From an uncultured delta proteobacterium (GTDB lineage: Bacteria > Desulfobacterota > Desulfobacteria > Desulfobacterales > QNYZ01), in the NCBI GenBank assembly GCA_963845145.1, contig CAWJQU010000013.1, forward strand, positions 128,001 through 192,000: 64,000 bases of DNA, in the 5' to 3' direction. Under the pieces are notes generated by a model that worked only from the letters and a program-made list of their open reading frames with translations, ran no database searches and had not been told where the DNA came from. Below are positions 1 to 9,521 of the stretch, piece after piece (positions within the stretch are counted from its first letter, which is position 1; every line of letters begins with the position of its first letter). The translations under genes and the position numbers were made by a program.

Positions 1-762
1 GTTTCCGATCCAGATCAAGCGAAGAGGTTCACCAAGCTTGCGCTTAGATAAATCTGCAATCTCTCGAATCCCTGACGGCGGCAAACCAACCTCGCAAATC
101 ACAGTACTCTCAAAACCATAGTAGCGCTTAATCTCATCCCGGATACCGCTGGTGGCGGCAATCAAGTTGCCGTTAGCCGACCGCATTGCGCGACGCACAT
201 CAAAACGGAGCAACTTATCGCAACGATTGAACCAATTCCGTCCCCAATAGTGCAGGTGAGCCTTTAATCCCAAACCGTCGAGAAGTTTTAAATTGGTCTG
301 TTCAAGTCCCCCGATCGGACCCCAAACAAACGGAATCCCCAGTTTCCATAGGTAGCCCGGGACACGGAAACCGACATAGGTCAGATTGTGTGCCAGGTCG
401 AACCCGACTATTTGGTGCAGCTTCAAAGCCACCTGATAGGCTCGGCGCTGCCAGATCTTTTTATAAACAAACAAATCAATGGGCGGCCAGATATGCCGTT
501 CAATCCACTCGATGGCTTTTAGATGCTGGAACGGCCGAACATATACCGGATGGTAGTGCTCCCGCAGAGAAGCGTTTCTATCCAATGTCCCCTCAATTCC
601 CCCACGGTTGTTATCGGATGTAAGTACCCAAACATCGTGACATTTGGCAATCGTTGTACTCCAACCCCAACCCACTGCCGATTCTGAGCCCTTGTCCGGG
701 TGGCAGGCGTAAGCGGAAATCAAGACTTTAAGGCGTTGATTTATTTTTGTATCATGCGACAT
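1..762 (-). CDS. GT4-family glycosyltransferase (runs off the left edge of the window)
   Basis: Manual translation from ATG at 762 is open to base 1: MSHDTKINQRLKVLISAYACHPDKGSESAVGWGW...FDLAHNLTYVGFRVPGYLWKLGIPFVWGPIGG, a typical GT4 N-terminus. Absent from the ORF track because the stop lies outside the window. Confidence 0.85.
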   Translation of the reverse strand, partial: MSHDTKINQRLKVLISAYACHPDKGSESAVGWGWSTTIAKCHDVWVLTSDNNRGGIEGTLDRNASLREHYHPVYVRPFQHLKAIEWIERHIWPPIDLFVYKKIWQRRAYQVALKLHQIVGFDLAHNLTYVGFRVPGYLWKLGIPFVWGPIGGLEQTNLKLLDGLGLKAHLHYWGRNWFNRCDKLLRFDVRRAMRSANGNLIAATSGIRDEIKRYYGFESTVICEVGLPPSGIREIADLSKRKLGEPLRLIWIGN

Positions 763-869
763 TTTTAAAAAAACAGTCAACGCTGCCGAAAAAGTGATTC
801 ACATCAATCACGCATATTTCCGGGTATTGAAAAATTACGGAGATAATCACCGATTCCCAATAAGTTTCC

Positions 870-1702
870 TCACACCCGCGCAATGTTCCCTTCGATGAGC
901 GACAAAATGCCTCTAATCATGATTGCCAACATACAGCGATTCACGATAGTGTATGCTTCCGTACAAGGTAGAGCGGTTACGTGTCTCCACCCTGCCGAAC
1001 TGAATTGCTGATGATCTACCGAATTTGAGGGCCAGTGGTAAAATCCCGCAGTTGCAACCACTAAGAGCCGATAACCCTTTTTGCGCACCCCATAACTTGC
1101 GTCTAAATCTTCGAGATAACTGTACCCTTCAAAATAGGGATCGAAGAAATCAGGCCCCAGCTGTCGACCGTCGCCAAATGCTGGCGGCACTCGGTAACCA
1201 CTCTGTTTCGATATTATGTGAAACAGAGTGAATCACCGTTTGCCATCCACTGGGCATCACACGACCCATCCAGGGGCTATAGAGGCCCACTCGCTCCATT
1301 AAGCATGACCGTTTCAGGCGGTTTACAGCCGTCGGCTGGGGATTGAGCAATTGAATGCAGCTCCCGCCACATCCATTGGGGCCGATTCCCAGAACCACGC
1401 CATATTCCATAGAGCATCGGGCGCAAAGGTGATATCATCGTCAAGAAAGCCCACCAATCCGTATCCGGAGGCTGCTATCCTCATCCCAGATTGCGTTGCG
1501 CCGACGCTGACGGACGTCCTTCGTATCTATGAAAAGAGATATTCAGCATGGGAAACTCTAACGGTAATGTCGTGGTGGGCACGGCACTGGCATCAACCAC
1601 AACAATCTGATACGGCAACGGTGTCTGTTTTGCAAGTTCATCCAAAACGGTTTGGATGTCCTGTGGCCGATCTTTTGTGGCGATTATGAGAGAAAGTTTC
1701 AT
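870..1702 (-). pseudogene. GT2-family glycosyltransferase split by several frameshifts
   Basis: Consecutive fragments in different frames: MKLSLIIATKDRP (1481-1702), GLVGFLDDDI (DxD motif), EWLPSAASIWRR (1150-1410), FFDPYFEGYSYLEDLDAS (870-1190). Confidence 0.8.
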
Positions 1703-1730
1703 AAATTATTTAGATGAAGCCATGGTAGGA

Positions 1731-3001
1731 TTATTTGTCTGCCGATTTCATTATAATGGTATTGAAATACTGTTTAAACCAACCCCTCATTTGAGCACCG
1801 ATCGATGAGATATAATTCTTTTGATCATATTGGCAATGGGCAGTGGTATAAGGGATCGCATCGATCGGCGAAACGCCGGGTAACCTTAAACGCCGACCAT
1901 GGCAGTGGAGCAATTCCGGCGACGGTATTGCTATAACGAAATTAAAAAAGCGGTTATAGTCCGCGCCCATTCTTCTCAGGGAGAAACTCTCTTCAACAGC
2001 CTTTCGGGCGGCACTGGCCATTCGGGTTAATCGGATACGGTCGGCATGAAGCATTAAAACAGCCTCACAAAAGAGACCGCATTATCCACTTCACAAAGAA
2101 AGCCGTTTTCGCCATGGTCGACAATAAAATCGGTCACACCCGGCAGAAGTGTGAGACTACCGGGACAACGCCGGCGGACATGGCTTCCACAAGGGTATTG
2201 GGGAACCCATCAACATAAGACGGCATCAGAAGACAATCAAATTCTGGAAGTTGTCAAGCTACTTCATTGGATGGGTACCATCCCATGCAGCCATACATGG
2301 CCCTCGACCCGAGCTTAGCGATTGACTTTTCCATAGGCCCCTTATCCGGCCCATCACCAAAAACCTCGAAACTAAGGGAACATTTGCCTTTTTAAGATAT
2401 TCCGGCAATGTGCGGAAGAGCAAAACCCCTTTTGTCTGATGGTCCAGCCGCCCACAAAAATTAACTTGAATGCTGCATTATCCTTGTATATTTTTTGTCT
2501 GTCGGTTAAAAAAGTTCCGTATCAACGCCGTGTGGAATGAGCGATACCTTTTCTTCCAAAACATCCTTCGCCAACAACCCTTCTTTCTGGCGGGGAGTCA
2601 TGACAATGGCACCAGCTAAGCGTTCCGGATAGATGGCGCTGATGCGGTAAGCGAACGTCGTTGAACTACTGCATCTCGTCACCAATCGGATAGAGGTAGG
2701 AAGATGCGGCATGCAGGTAGACAGCGATGCTGTCATCCATAGGGATCAGAATGTCGATCTTGTTTTCTTCAAGCCATCCGGCAAGCGCCTTGGCCGCATC
2801 GACTCTTTGATGGACATCGGGTGCAACAAGATGGCACCCTTCATCGGCAAACGAGTGATCCCATCTTTCGGCAGCTGTCGATCCGAGGCATACGGCCCGC
2901 ACGTCCCAGTTATATTCGATGAGAGAACATCTTAAATTATTGTAAAAACGAAACAATCCTCCAGACTCGGGGATAACACTATAGGCAATCCTCCGGTTCA
3001 T
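1731..3001 (-). pseudogene. GT4-family glycosyltransferase split by several frameshifts
   Basis: Fragments 2666-3001 (SGGLFRFY), 2506-2736 (IPHGVDTELF), about 2100-2230 (PSYVDGFPNTLVEAMSAG, the GT4 signature) and 1731-2054 (RMASAARKAVEESFS). Confidence 0.8.
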
Positions 3002-4400
3002 CAGAAAACTTCGTAAATTACTTTATGTCTGATGATACTCTGTTCTCCCTTATTGTTTAGAATGCTTAGATAAGCCATAGCTGGTAACATCACCATGAGA
3101 TCAACACCGAACATGGCTCCGCAGACTTCGGGGATGCTTCGAACAGTGAAAAAAGCGAGAATGCCCCCGGTTTGCAGCAACATGTTGTGCTGACCCACTT
3201 GAGCGGCAGTTTTTTTTAATATTGCTTGAAAAAATAGGGCCCATGCCCACACCAAACCACCAACAAAAGCAGCAGTGCCGAGGACTCCCGATTGTAAAAG
3301 TGCATACAGGTAAGTGTTATGAACATGTTCTTTAATATAATAACGATCTGCCTGGGGACCTCGCCCGATAATTGGTGCTTTTTTTAATTTGATGCCAGGC
3401 CTTTTTCCACGCGCGAGTCCGGCCGGTGAGTGTTTTAAGTTGCTCGTAATTTTGACCACGATAGAAATGTCTTTTTATATATTTTGCTGTATTATCCGGA
3501 ATGGTTTCCGTAGAAATAGAGCAAACCAACGGCTATCAGTACCAATAATACCAAAAAGCCTAGATCGGGAGCCTAAGAAAAGAAGGATAAAAGCCATAGC
3601 AAATGTAAGCCCTAGAATGGCCCCCCTGGATTGCATGGCCCAAATCAATGCGGCGGAAAAGAAAGAAAGGGATTAGCCATAACAGGCGAGTTTCTATTTG
3701 ATCCGTTTATTAAAAAAACAAAGGCAACAATTCCGGGGACGGCGGCAAATCGGGCCATGCCTGATGAACGGGACATGGCCATGTCGGTAATGTTTTTCAT
3801 ACGACCCACAACACCATATCCGGTTATCCATCCGTATCGGGCATCCACAAACAATACATCTCTGGCGGTAAAGACCAGAATTATAAGGAAAAGCGTTGTT
3901 ATAAGCCAGTTCAAGTAGTTTAGATGTTTAGCTTTTTCGAGTAATTTTTCTCCTTGAAGATAATAGTTATTGTAGAAAATACAGCGAGATAGCTGAGTGC
4001 CCAGTATGCATTATCGATAGGACGCGGTGAATTAATACAACTAATCAGACTGATTAACCCGTAAATCAGCCATAATTTAGCAGGCCCGATCGAAGTTAAG
4101 GATGTGCCATCCCCTCCTTTGGGAAGGATGAGAGTTGTAAGGACGATGACAATTAATGGGAAAGTCGTCCTAAAAAAATGTAGCCACGCTATCAAGCTAC
4201 TTGGATTTTTTTTAAAACCCATGGTCCTGTGTTAATCCCCAACCATACGGCCATTAGCATTAGCGCCGGCAAGGAGGTGTAGTAGACGATCAATTTGGTA
4301 CGATTGAGTGAGGATGGAGGGTAATTTGAGGACAATAGGCTTTACTCTAACAATCTTTTCGGTTGTCGGTGTGTATCTGTGGACAATTAATTCTTGTCAT
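3001..4400 (-). pseudogene. O-antigen polymerase/ligase-like (Wzy_C) membrane protein, frameshifted
   Basis: Hydrophobic fragments 3920-4222, 3645-3914 and 3001-3459. The last has PIIGRG...HVHNTYLYALLQSGVLG (Wzy_C HN motif). The N-terminal part reads back to an ATG at about 4400. Confidence 0.7.
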
Positions 4401-4458
4401 TCTTAAATAATAAATCGGCAATTTTCCAATGAATCGCACTCTCTCTTTATTTCGACAT

Positions 4459-4763
4459 GAGGCCCTTGCACAACTATAGATCGGAGCAATTTTCACAAAT
4501 ATTTTTCACCAAATTGTCCTAAAATTGAGCATTAAAGATTCAACAACTGTTTAATTCCAAAATGTTGGTATCCGCTTCACTACTCTTAAATCTCTAATTT
4601 ACTAATTTTATTGATATTAAATCGGCTACCAAATTTCATACTTATCTCTGATATGTTCAAGTTTTTCAACATATTAAGTCTTTACCCAAAATTTTTAGGG
4701 GAGTGAAGTGGATGCCCCCCTTCTAAAATATATTCTATTGATCTGTGGTTATGCAAAGGTCTC
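4459..4763. mobile_element. MITE (non-autonomous, 305 bp) with IS5-like terminal inverted repeats
   Basis: Left end GAGGCCCTTGCACAACTATAGATC versus reverse complement of right end GAGACCTTTGCATAACCACAGATC (19/24). Exact 5-bp TSD GACAT at 4454-4458 and 4764-4768. AT-rich interior with no ORF. Confidence 0.85.
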
Positions 4764-4784
4764 GACATAAGAAAGTAAGTTCCT

Positions 4785-4929
4785 CGTACCAGTTTTTCGG
4801 TATTTATTATTGCGGTGCTTGGCGGCGATCCCTGGCCTAATTGGGAATTCTGCCACCTTCCAAAGTCGCTTCGATGAGCTTTTTAATCATCGGGGTCAGG
4901 ACACCTTTGCCTGACAACGGCTTCAGCAT
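4785..4929 (-). pseudogene. IS256-family transposase N-terminal remnant
   Basis: Translates MLKPLSGKGVLTPMIKKLIEATLEG, then after a frameshift ...IAAKHRNNKYRKT. This resembles the IS256 N-terminus (GKDGxLTPLIKxLxEAALE...NRRNG). Confidence 0.6.
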
Positions 4930-4945
4930 ACGAAACGCTTTTAAA

Positions 4946-5827
4946 TTAGCTTATAATTTTCTTAAGTTTGCGGACTGCGCGTTTGAAAATTGTATGCCAT
5001 TTTTGGTTACCCGATTTGTTGATGAACCCTAAACGAATCCACCAAGGTAACCATCCAAAATTTATCAACCTTAATCGAATAATTTCCTTCTTTAAATCAT
5101 CTGAACTCCACTTTTCATATTCAAAAAATTTTTCTTTCGCAAACTGATCACCATAACTAACGTTATCCGGTCCAAACAAACCGCTAATGGCCAATTCTCC
5201 ACTTAGGGTGGCTTGCCCTAGCCTGGCCTCTTTTCTTATTAAAAAATTTTCCCAAACTTTTTCGTGATTAACACAATGCAAAGCAACCCTCTCCCAAAGG
5301 TTTTGAATATCACCATATCTGATTTTTACCCCTCTATGCAGGCCAAAATGGAATGCCTGAAATAATGAAGGATTTTTACAGTGGCTAACGACACCATCAA
5401 GACCTTGGATGCTAAAGAGACTTTTTTCGTCAGGTACAGGATTCTGGTCTGTGAAAAGTCCATCATGCTTCATGGGGAACTTTACATCATTGCGGTAAAT
5501 ATTCACTGCTGGAATCAATCTTTCCGTAAAATAATCATAGACCGGTAAGGAGAGCAGTTGCATCCAAGGTCTAAGTTCAAACTCTTCCACGACATGCTCT
5601 AAAAAACGACTATCCTCAATCACCATGTCAGCATCAAGCTTCATGAAAATGTCAAATTCCCCTGAATTTTGCATGAACTTTTTATAAACTTCATCAGCCG
5701 CATGTTTTTTTGGTAGATTGTCTAAGACAAAATATTCAAAGTTCTTGTCCGTCTGTTGCTGCAATGCATTTATACACTCCTGATATTCATTTTCAATACA
5801 ATGCAGAATACCGATTAGGATCCTCAT
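4946..5827 (-). CDS. GT-A fold (GT2-like) glycosyltransferase
   Basis: 293-aa ORF with CINALQQQTDKNFEYFV and the KLDADMV DxD motif, inside the polysaccharide locus. Confidence 0.7.
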   Translation of the reverse strand: MRILIGILHCIENEYQECINALQQQTDKNFEYFVLDNLPKKHAADEVYKKFMQNSGEFDIFMKLDADMVIEDSRFLEHVVEEFELRPWMQLLSLPVYDYFTERLIPAVNIYRNDVKFPMKHDGLFTDQNPVPDEKSLFSIQGLDGVVSHCKNPSLFQAFHFGLHRGVKIRYGDIQNLWERVALHCVNHEKVWENFLIRKEARLGQATLSGELAISGLFGPDNVSYGDQFAKEKFFEYEKWSSDDLKKEIIRLRLINFGWLPWWIRLGFINKSGNQKWHTIFKRAVRKLKKIIS

Positions 5828-6008
5828 ACCATCAACTCCGGAAGCGAATAATACCTTGTCTTTCTCATTTTTTCGGCAATATTTTCTCTACCCTGTAGTT
5901 GCATAAAAAATTAGAAAAGGAGTAGTTAAAAGCTTGCGGAGGCCCACGGATAAAGGTTATAAAATGTTTACGACAACAAAAATAACACTATCCAGGAGGC
6001 CACCGCAA

Positions 6009-7385
6009 GTGAAGTCCAGTAAATCACAAATTCATGCAAAATACCATAAAATTCCTCTAATTCGGTTTGAAGATCAACAACTGACATCCTTTTCAGGGTT
6101 ACTGATATTTCAACTGCTTTTTAAAAACATCAATCTCAAGCAAAAGCTAAAAAAATGCTTTGCTCATTTAAAAGTATCTCCCATCTTCGGCCACCATTTA
6201 GTTGTCATGTTGCTCATCATTCACTTGTTGCTCGGATTCCGCAGGTTGCGGGAAGTCGACTACTATCGGGATGATCCCATCGTTCTTCGTCTGATGGGGC
6301 TTCGCAAAATACCGGATGTATCAACCGTTTCACGCACGCTGTCAAAAATGGAACCGGAAGGTATTGAAAATTTACGTATTTTATCCCGAACGCTGGTGGT
6401 CGAAGGCCTTCAGCGTGAACGGTTTCCGCGAATAACCCTTGATTTCGATGGCTCCGTGATATCTACCAAAGGTCACGCCGAAGGCTCTGCGGTTGGATTC
6501 AACAAAGCTAAAAAGGGTGCCCGTAGCTACTATCCCCTGTTCTGTACCGTGGCCCAAACGGGCCAGTTCTTCGATCTGCATCACCGTCCGGGAAATGTCC
6601 ACGATTCCAATGGCGCCGCCCAATTCATGCAAACGTGTTTTGAAAAAGTTAAATCACAGCTAAATGGCGTTATCCTTGAATCCCGCATGGACTCAGCCTT
6701 CTTCAGTCAGGATATTCTTTCGACAATCGATGGCCGGCAGGTTAAATTTACCGCCGCGGTTCCTTTTGAACGATTTTCCCAACTGAAAATAATGGTTGAA
6801 AATCGCAAGCGCTGGCACAAGATCGATGCGCAATGGTCTTATTTTGAAACCCAGTGGAAACCCAAATCCTGGGAGAGCCCGTATCGTTTTATTTTCATAA
6901 GAAAGAAAAACAAAAAACAACACAAAGGCCCATTACAGTTGAGTCTTTTTGAACCGTTCGACGTCGATTACGATTACAAGGTCGTTGTGACCAATAAATC
7001 CGAGTCTGCCAAGAATGTCGTTTTGTTCCACAATGGGCGCGGATCCCAAGAAGCGGTCTTTGGTGATGCCAAAAACGATACTGCCCTGGATGTCATTCCC
7101 TGTAGACGTCTTTGTGCAAATCAGGTTTTTACCATTAGTGCTATGATGGCGCACAACCTGTCACGCGAAATACAGATGCTTGCACGCCCCTGCTTTCCAC
7201 GCGCACGAGCAAAACGTCCTGCGGCATGGAGATTCGAAAAGCTGAACACGATCCGGCATCGAATTATTCAAAGAGCCGGCCGACTCATCAACCCTCAAGG
7301 AAAGCTCACACTTACAATGAGTGCCAATCAGGCCGTAAAAAAAGATCTCCTTCATTTTCTAAACGTTTTGCAGAAAGCAGCTTGA
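6009..7385 (+). CDS. IS1380-family transposase
   Basis: Motifs TSFSGL, TLDFDGS, SYYPL, SRMDSAF, HNGRGSQE, MMAHNL. Likely GTG start at 6009 after AGGAGG. Confidence 0.9.
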   Translation: MKSSKSQIHAKYHKIPLIRFEDQQLTSFSGLLIFQLLFKNINLKQKLKKCFAHLKVSPIFGHHLVVMLLIIHLLLGFRRLREVDYYRDDPIVLRLMGLRKIPDVSTVSRTLSKMEPEGIENLRILSRTLVVEGLQRERFPRITLDFDGSVISTKGHAEGSAVGFNKAKKGARSYYPLFCTVAQTGQFFDLHHRPGNVHDSNGAAQFMQTCFEKVKSQLNGVILESRMDSAFFSQDILSTIDGRQVKFTAAVPFERFSQLKIMVENRKRWHKIDAQWSYFETQWKPKSWESPYRFIFIRKKNKKQHKGPLQLSLFEPFDVDYDYKVVVTNKSESAKNVVLFHNGRGSQEAVFGDAKNDTALDVIPCRRLCANQVFTISAMMAHNLSREIQMLARPCFPRARAKRPAAWRFEKLNTIRHRIIQRAGRLINPQGKLTLTMSANQAVKKDLLHFLNVLQKAA

Positions 7386-7411
7386 TTTGGATAAAAATTG
7401 TCTAAACATTT

Positions 7412-8762
7412 GGTTCTTCTCCAAATTAGTTGGAGAAGTTTTGGTAAATTTTCAGCGTAAAGTACCGCAGGTCGTGGAATCCAAAAGATTTACGCTTAAT
7501 GACTTTTATTTTGTTATTAACCCCTTCAAGCCTGCCGGTATTAATCGGGTAAGTACAATGGTTAAGAATGCCATATCGATACCGATTCAGCATTCTGATA
7601 AATGCATTTACCGAAGGGTTGTTTAAGGTTTGGGCCAGTGTACACCAGTTATCCAGTGCCTTGGCCGCCCATGCTCTATATCGATATGTCCAGATGTTTT
7701 TTAGTTCTTCCTTAAGGATCATGACCGTATTAATGGTTTCATTAAGTGATAGCAGCTCTTTAAGATGCCGGCGCTGTTCCGAAGTTTTGATATTTTCACG
7801 GTTTTTTAACAACAGATACTTGGTGCCTTTATAAACGGATTTATCAACATCATTGGCCTTTTGATATTCACTATTACGTACCTTGTCGATCACCTTGTTG
7901 AAACTTGAGACCACATGGAAAAAATCGAAGACGATTTTCACGTGAGGGACTTTATTATTAACAGCCTTGATGAATGGATCCCACATGTCCATCGCCACGG
8001 CTTGGATATTGTTGCGTTGCTCATCGCTTAGCTGGTCAAAAAACTGCTCAAGGGTCTTGGCCCGCCGGTCCTTGCCGACAAAGACCACGCGACCGCTTTG
8101 ATAGTCCAGAACGATTGTCAGATAGCGATGACCTTTGCGAATGGAAATCTCGTCTACGGCCAAGATACTTAGTCCGTTTAAATCGGGTTGGCCAAAGTCG
8201 CGTTCCAGATAATATTTGTCGATGTTTTTGACGGTTTTCCAATCCAGATCCAGGTGTCGAGCGACCTCCGAAACGGTCATAAAATGACATAGCTGGTAAA
8301 TGTAAAGAGCCATCCGACGGGTTACACGCATGTACGGATGGAATAGTTCCAGATCTTCGATATGAATTGCGTGGCAATGGGCGCAAATAATTTTTCGATA
8401 GCGGCAATCGAGCCAAACCTTTGCCGTTGCCATGTTCAGATCTCTGACACGACGCCGTGTCCAGCTGTGAATGGGAGCATCGGCAAGACCGCACCCATGA
8501 CAGATCGGAGCGAACCGCCTGTCGGGTTGTACCTTTATATGAGCCGTATCGGCTTCGGCGGTAACGCTCTGATTTATGATTTTGATTCGACGAAAGGGGA
8601 AATAAGATGCTATAGTGGGCATGGACATCGCAGGCCTCCTTTGAATATTGTTTTTCTTTGTCGATAAAACAAATATCCTTTAGAGGTACCGGGTGTCCAT
8701 TTTGTTTTTGTTGATAGCCCAATTATCCGCCTATTTTACTCCAACTAATTTGGAGAAGAACC
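7412..8762 (-). mobile_element. ISL3-family insertion sequence, complete (1351 bp)
   Basis: Perfect 24-bp IRs GGTTCTTCTCCAAATTAGTTGGAG and an exact 8-bp TSD AAACATTT at 7404-7411 and 8763-8770. Confidence 0.95.
7426..8628 (-). CDS. ISL3-family transposase
   Basis: Zinc finger CHGC...CAHC, LAVDEISIRKGHRY, VAMDMW, DFFHVV, EGVNNKIKVIKRKSFGF. Confidence 0.95.
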   Translation of the reverse strand: MSMPTIASYFPFRRIKIINQSVTAEADTAHIKVQPDRRFAPICHGCGLADAPIHSWTRRRVRDLNMATAKVWLDCRYRKIICAHCHAIHIEDLELFHPYMRVTRRMALYIYQLCHFMTVSEVARHLDLDWKTVKNIDKYYLERDFGQPDLNGLSILAVDEISIRKGHRYLTIVLDYQSGRVVFVGKDRRAKTLEQFFDQLSDEQRNNIQAVAMDMWDPFIKAVNNKVPHVKIVFDFFHVVSSFNKVIDKVRNSEYQKANDVDKSVYKGTKYLLLKNRENIKTSEQRRHLKELLSLNETINTVMILKEELKNIWTYRYRAWAAKALDNWCTLAQTLNNPSVNAFIRMLNRYRYGILNHCTYPINTGRLEGVNNKIKVIKRKSFGFHDLRYFTLKIYQNFSN

Positions 8763-8870
8763 AAACATTTTTATGCAACGTCAGGGTTTACCTTTGCCGA
8801 CATTTGACCCATCACTGACAAAAACGAACTCAACGTATTTATTAATAATTAAATGTTCGATGGGATCCTT

Positions 8871-9503
8871 CTAAAACATTTTTTGGAGCCTGAAAAATCT
8901 GTGCTCAGGTTTTTCACTGATTAGATATGTATTTAACACATTAAAACCCGACGACTCCATCTCTTTAATAATGCGTTTAAGTGGATAATGACTACGGCCT
9001 ATTTCCCAGTAGTGCTCATCAGTCATCCTCATAGACTTCTTGGTTAACCGTTGAAAGGAAAAGGAAAAGTCACGCTTTCCAAGTCTAGGCAAAATTATTT
9101 TCACACTGAAAAGATGGCGGACGTCTGGCAAACTGATCATGGCATATTTACAGGTTATTCGAGATATCTCTGACAATACTCTGGGAAGATATTTATAAGG
9201 TAGATGCTCCAAGACTTCAAAACATCCAACCAAATCAAAGGCATTGTCCGAAAAAGGCATATCGATTACTGAAGCGACAATGTCTGGATTTAGATTGGCA
9301 TCTAAATCGAGTGTCGTCACCTCAAGCCCCACTTTACGAAGAATATCTGAAACGAACCCATTGCCAATACCCACTTCGAGAACCTTCTCGGGATTACAAT
9401 TCAGTATCTCCTGAACCTGGTGTCCATAGGAGGCAAACCTTTCCGGCGAAATATAGTGCCGCTTAAAATAGTGACTTCGTTCAACCTGCGGTTTATAATC
9501 CAC
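8871..9503 (-). CDS. Class I SAM-dependent methyltransferase
   Basis: VLEVGIGNG motif I and FDLVGCFEVLEHLP. Confidence 0.85.
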   Translation of the reverse strand: MDYKPQVERSHYFKRHYISPERFASYGHQVQEILNCNPEKVLEVGIGNGFVSDILRKVGLEVTTLDLDANLNPDIVASVIDMPFSDNAFDLVGCFEVLEHLPYKYLPRVLSEISRITCKYAMISLPDVRHLFSVKIILPRLGKRDFSFSFQRLTKKSMRMTDEHYWEIGRSHYPLKRIIKEMESSGFNVLNTYLISEKPEHRFFRLQKMF

Positions 9504-9521
9504 TTCAATATCTCCTTATTT

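Larger units (their letters stand above)
5891..8786 (+). mobile_element. IS1380-family insertion sequence (interrupted near its right end by an ISL3)
   Basis: Left IR CCCTGTAGTTGCATAAAAA starting at 5891; right IR reverse complement CCCTGACGTTGCATAAAAA ending at 8786 (17/19). Length is 1537 bp once the nested ISL3 and one TSD copy are removed. Confidence 0.85.

Noticed and set aside
1481..1483. TGA in the GT2 gene as possible selenocysteine or readthrough
   Set aside because: The homologous sequence continues in a different frame, so this is a frameshift and not recoding.
8048..8722. 224-aa alternative-frame ORF over the ISL3 5' end
   Set aside because: Arg/Ser-rich shadow frame with no motifs, overlapping a clear transposase.
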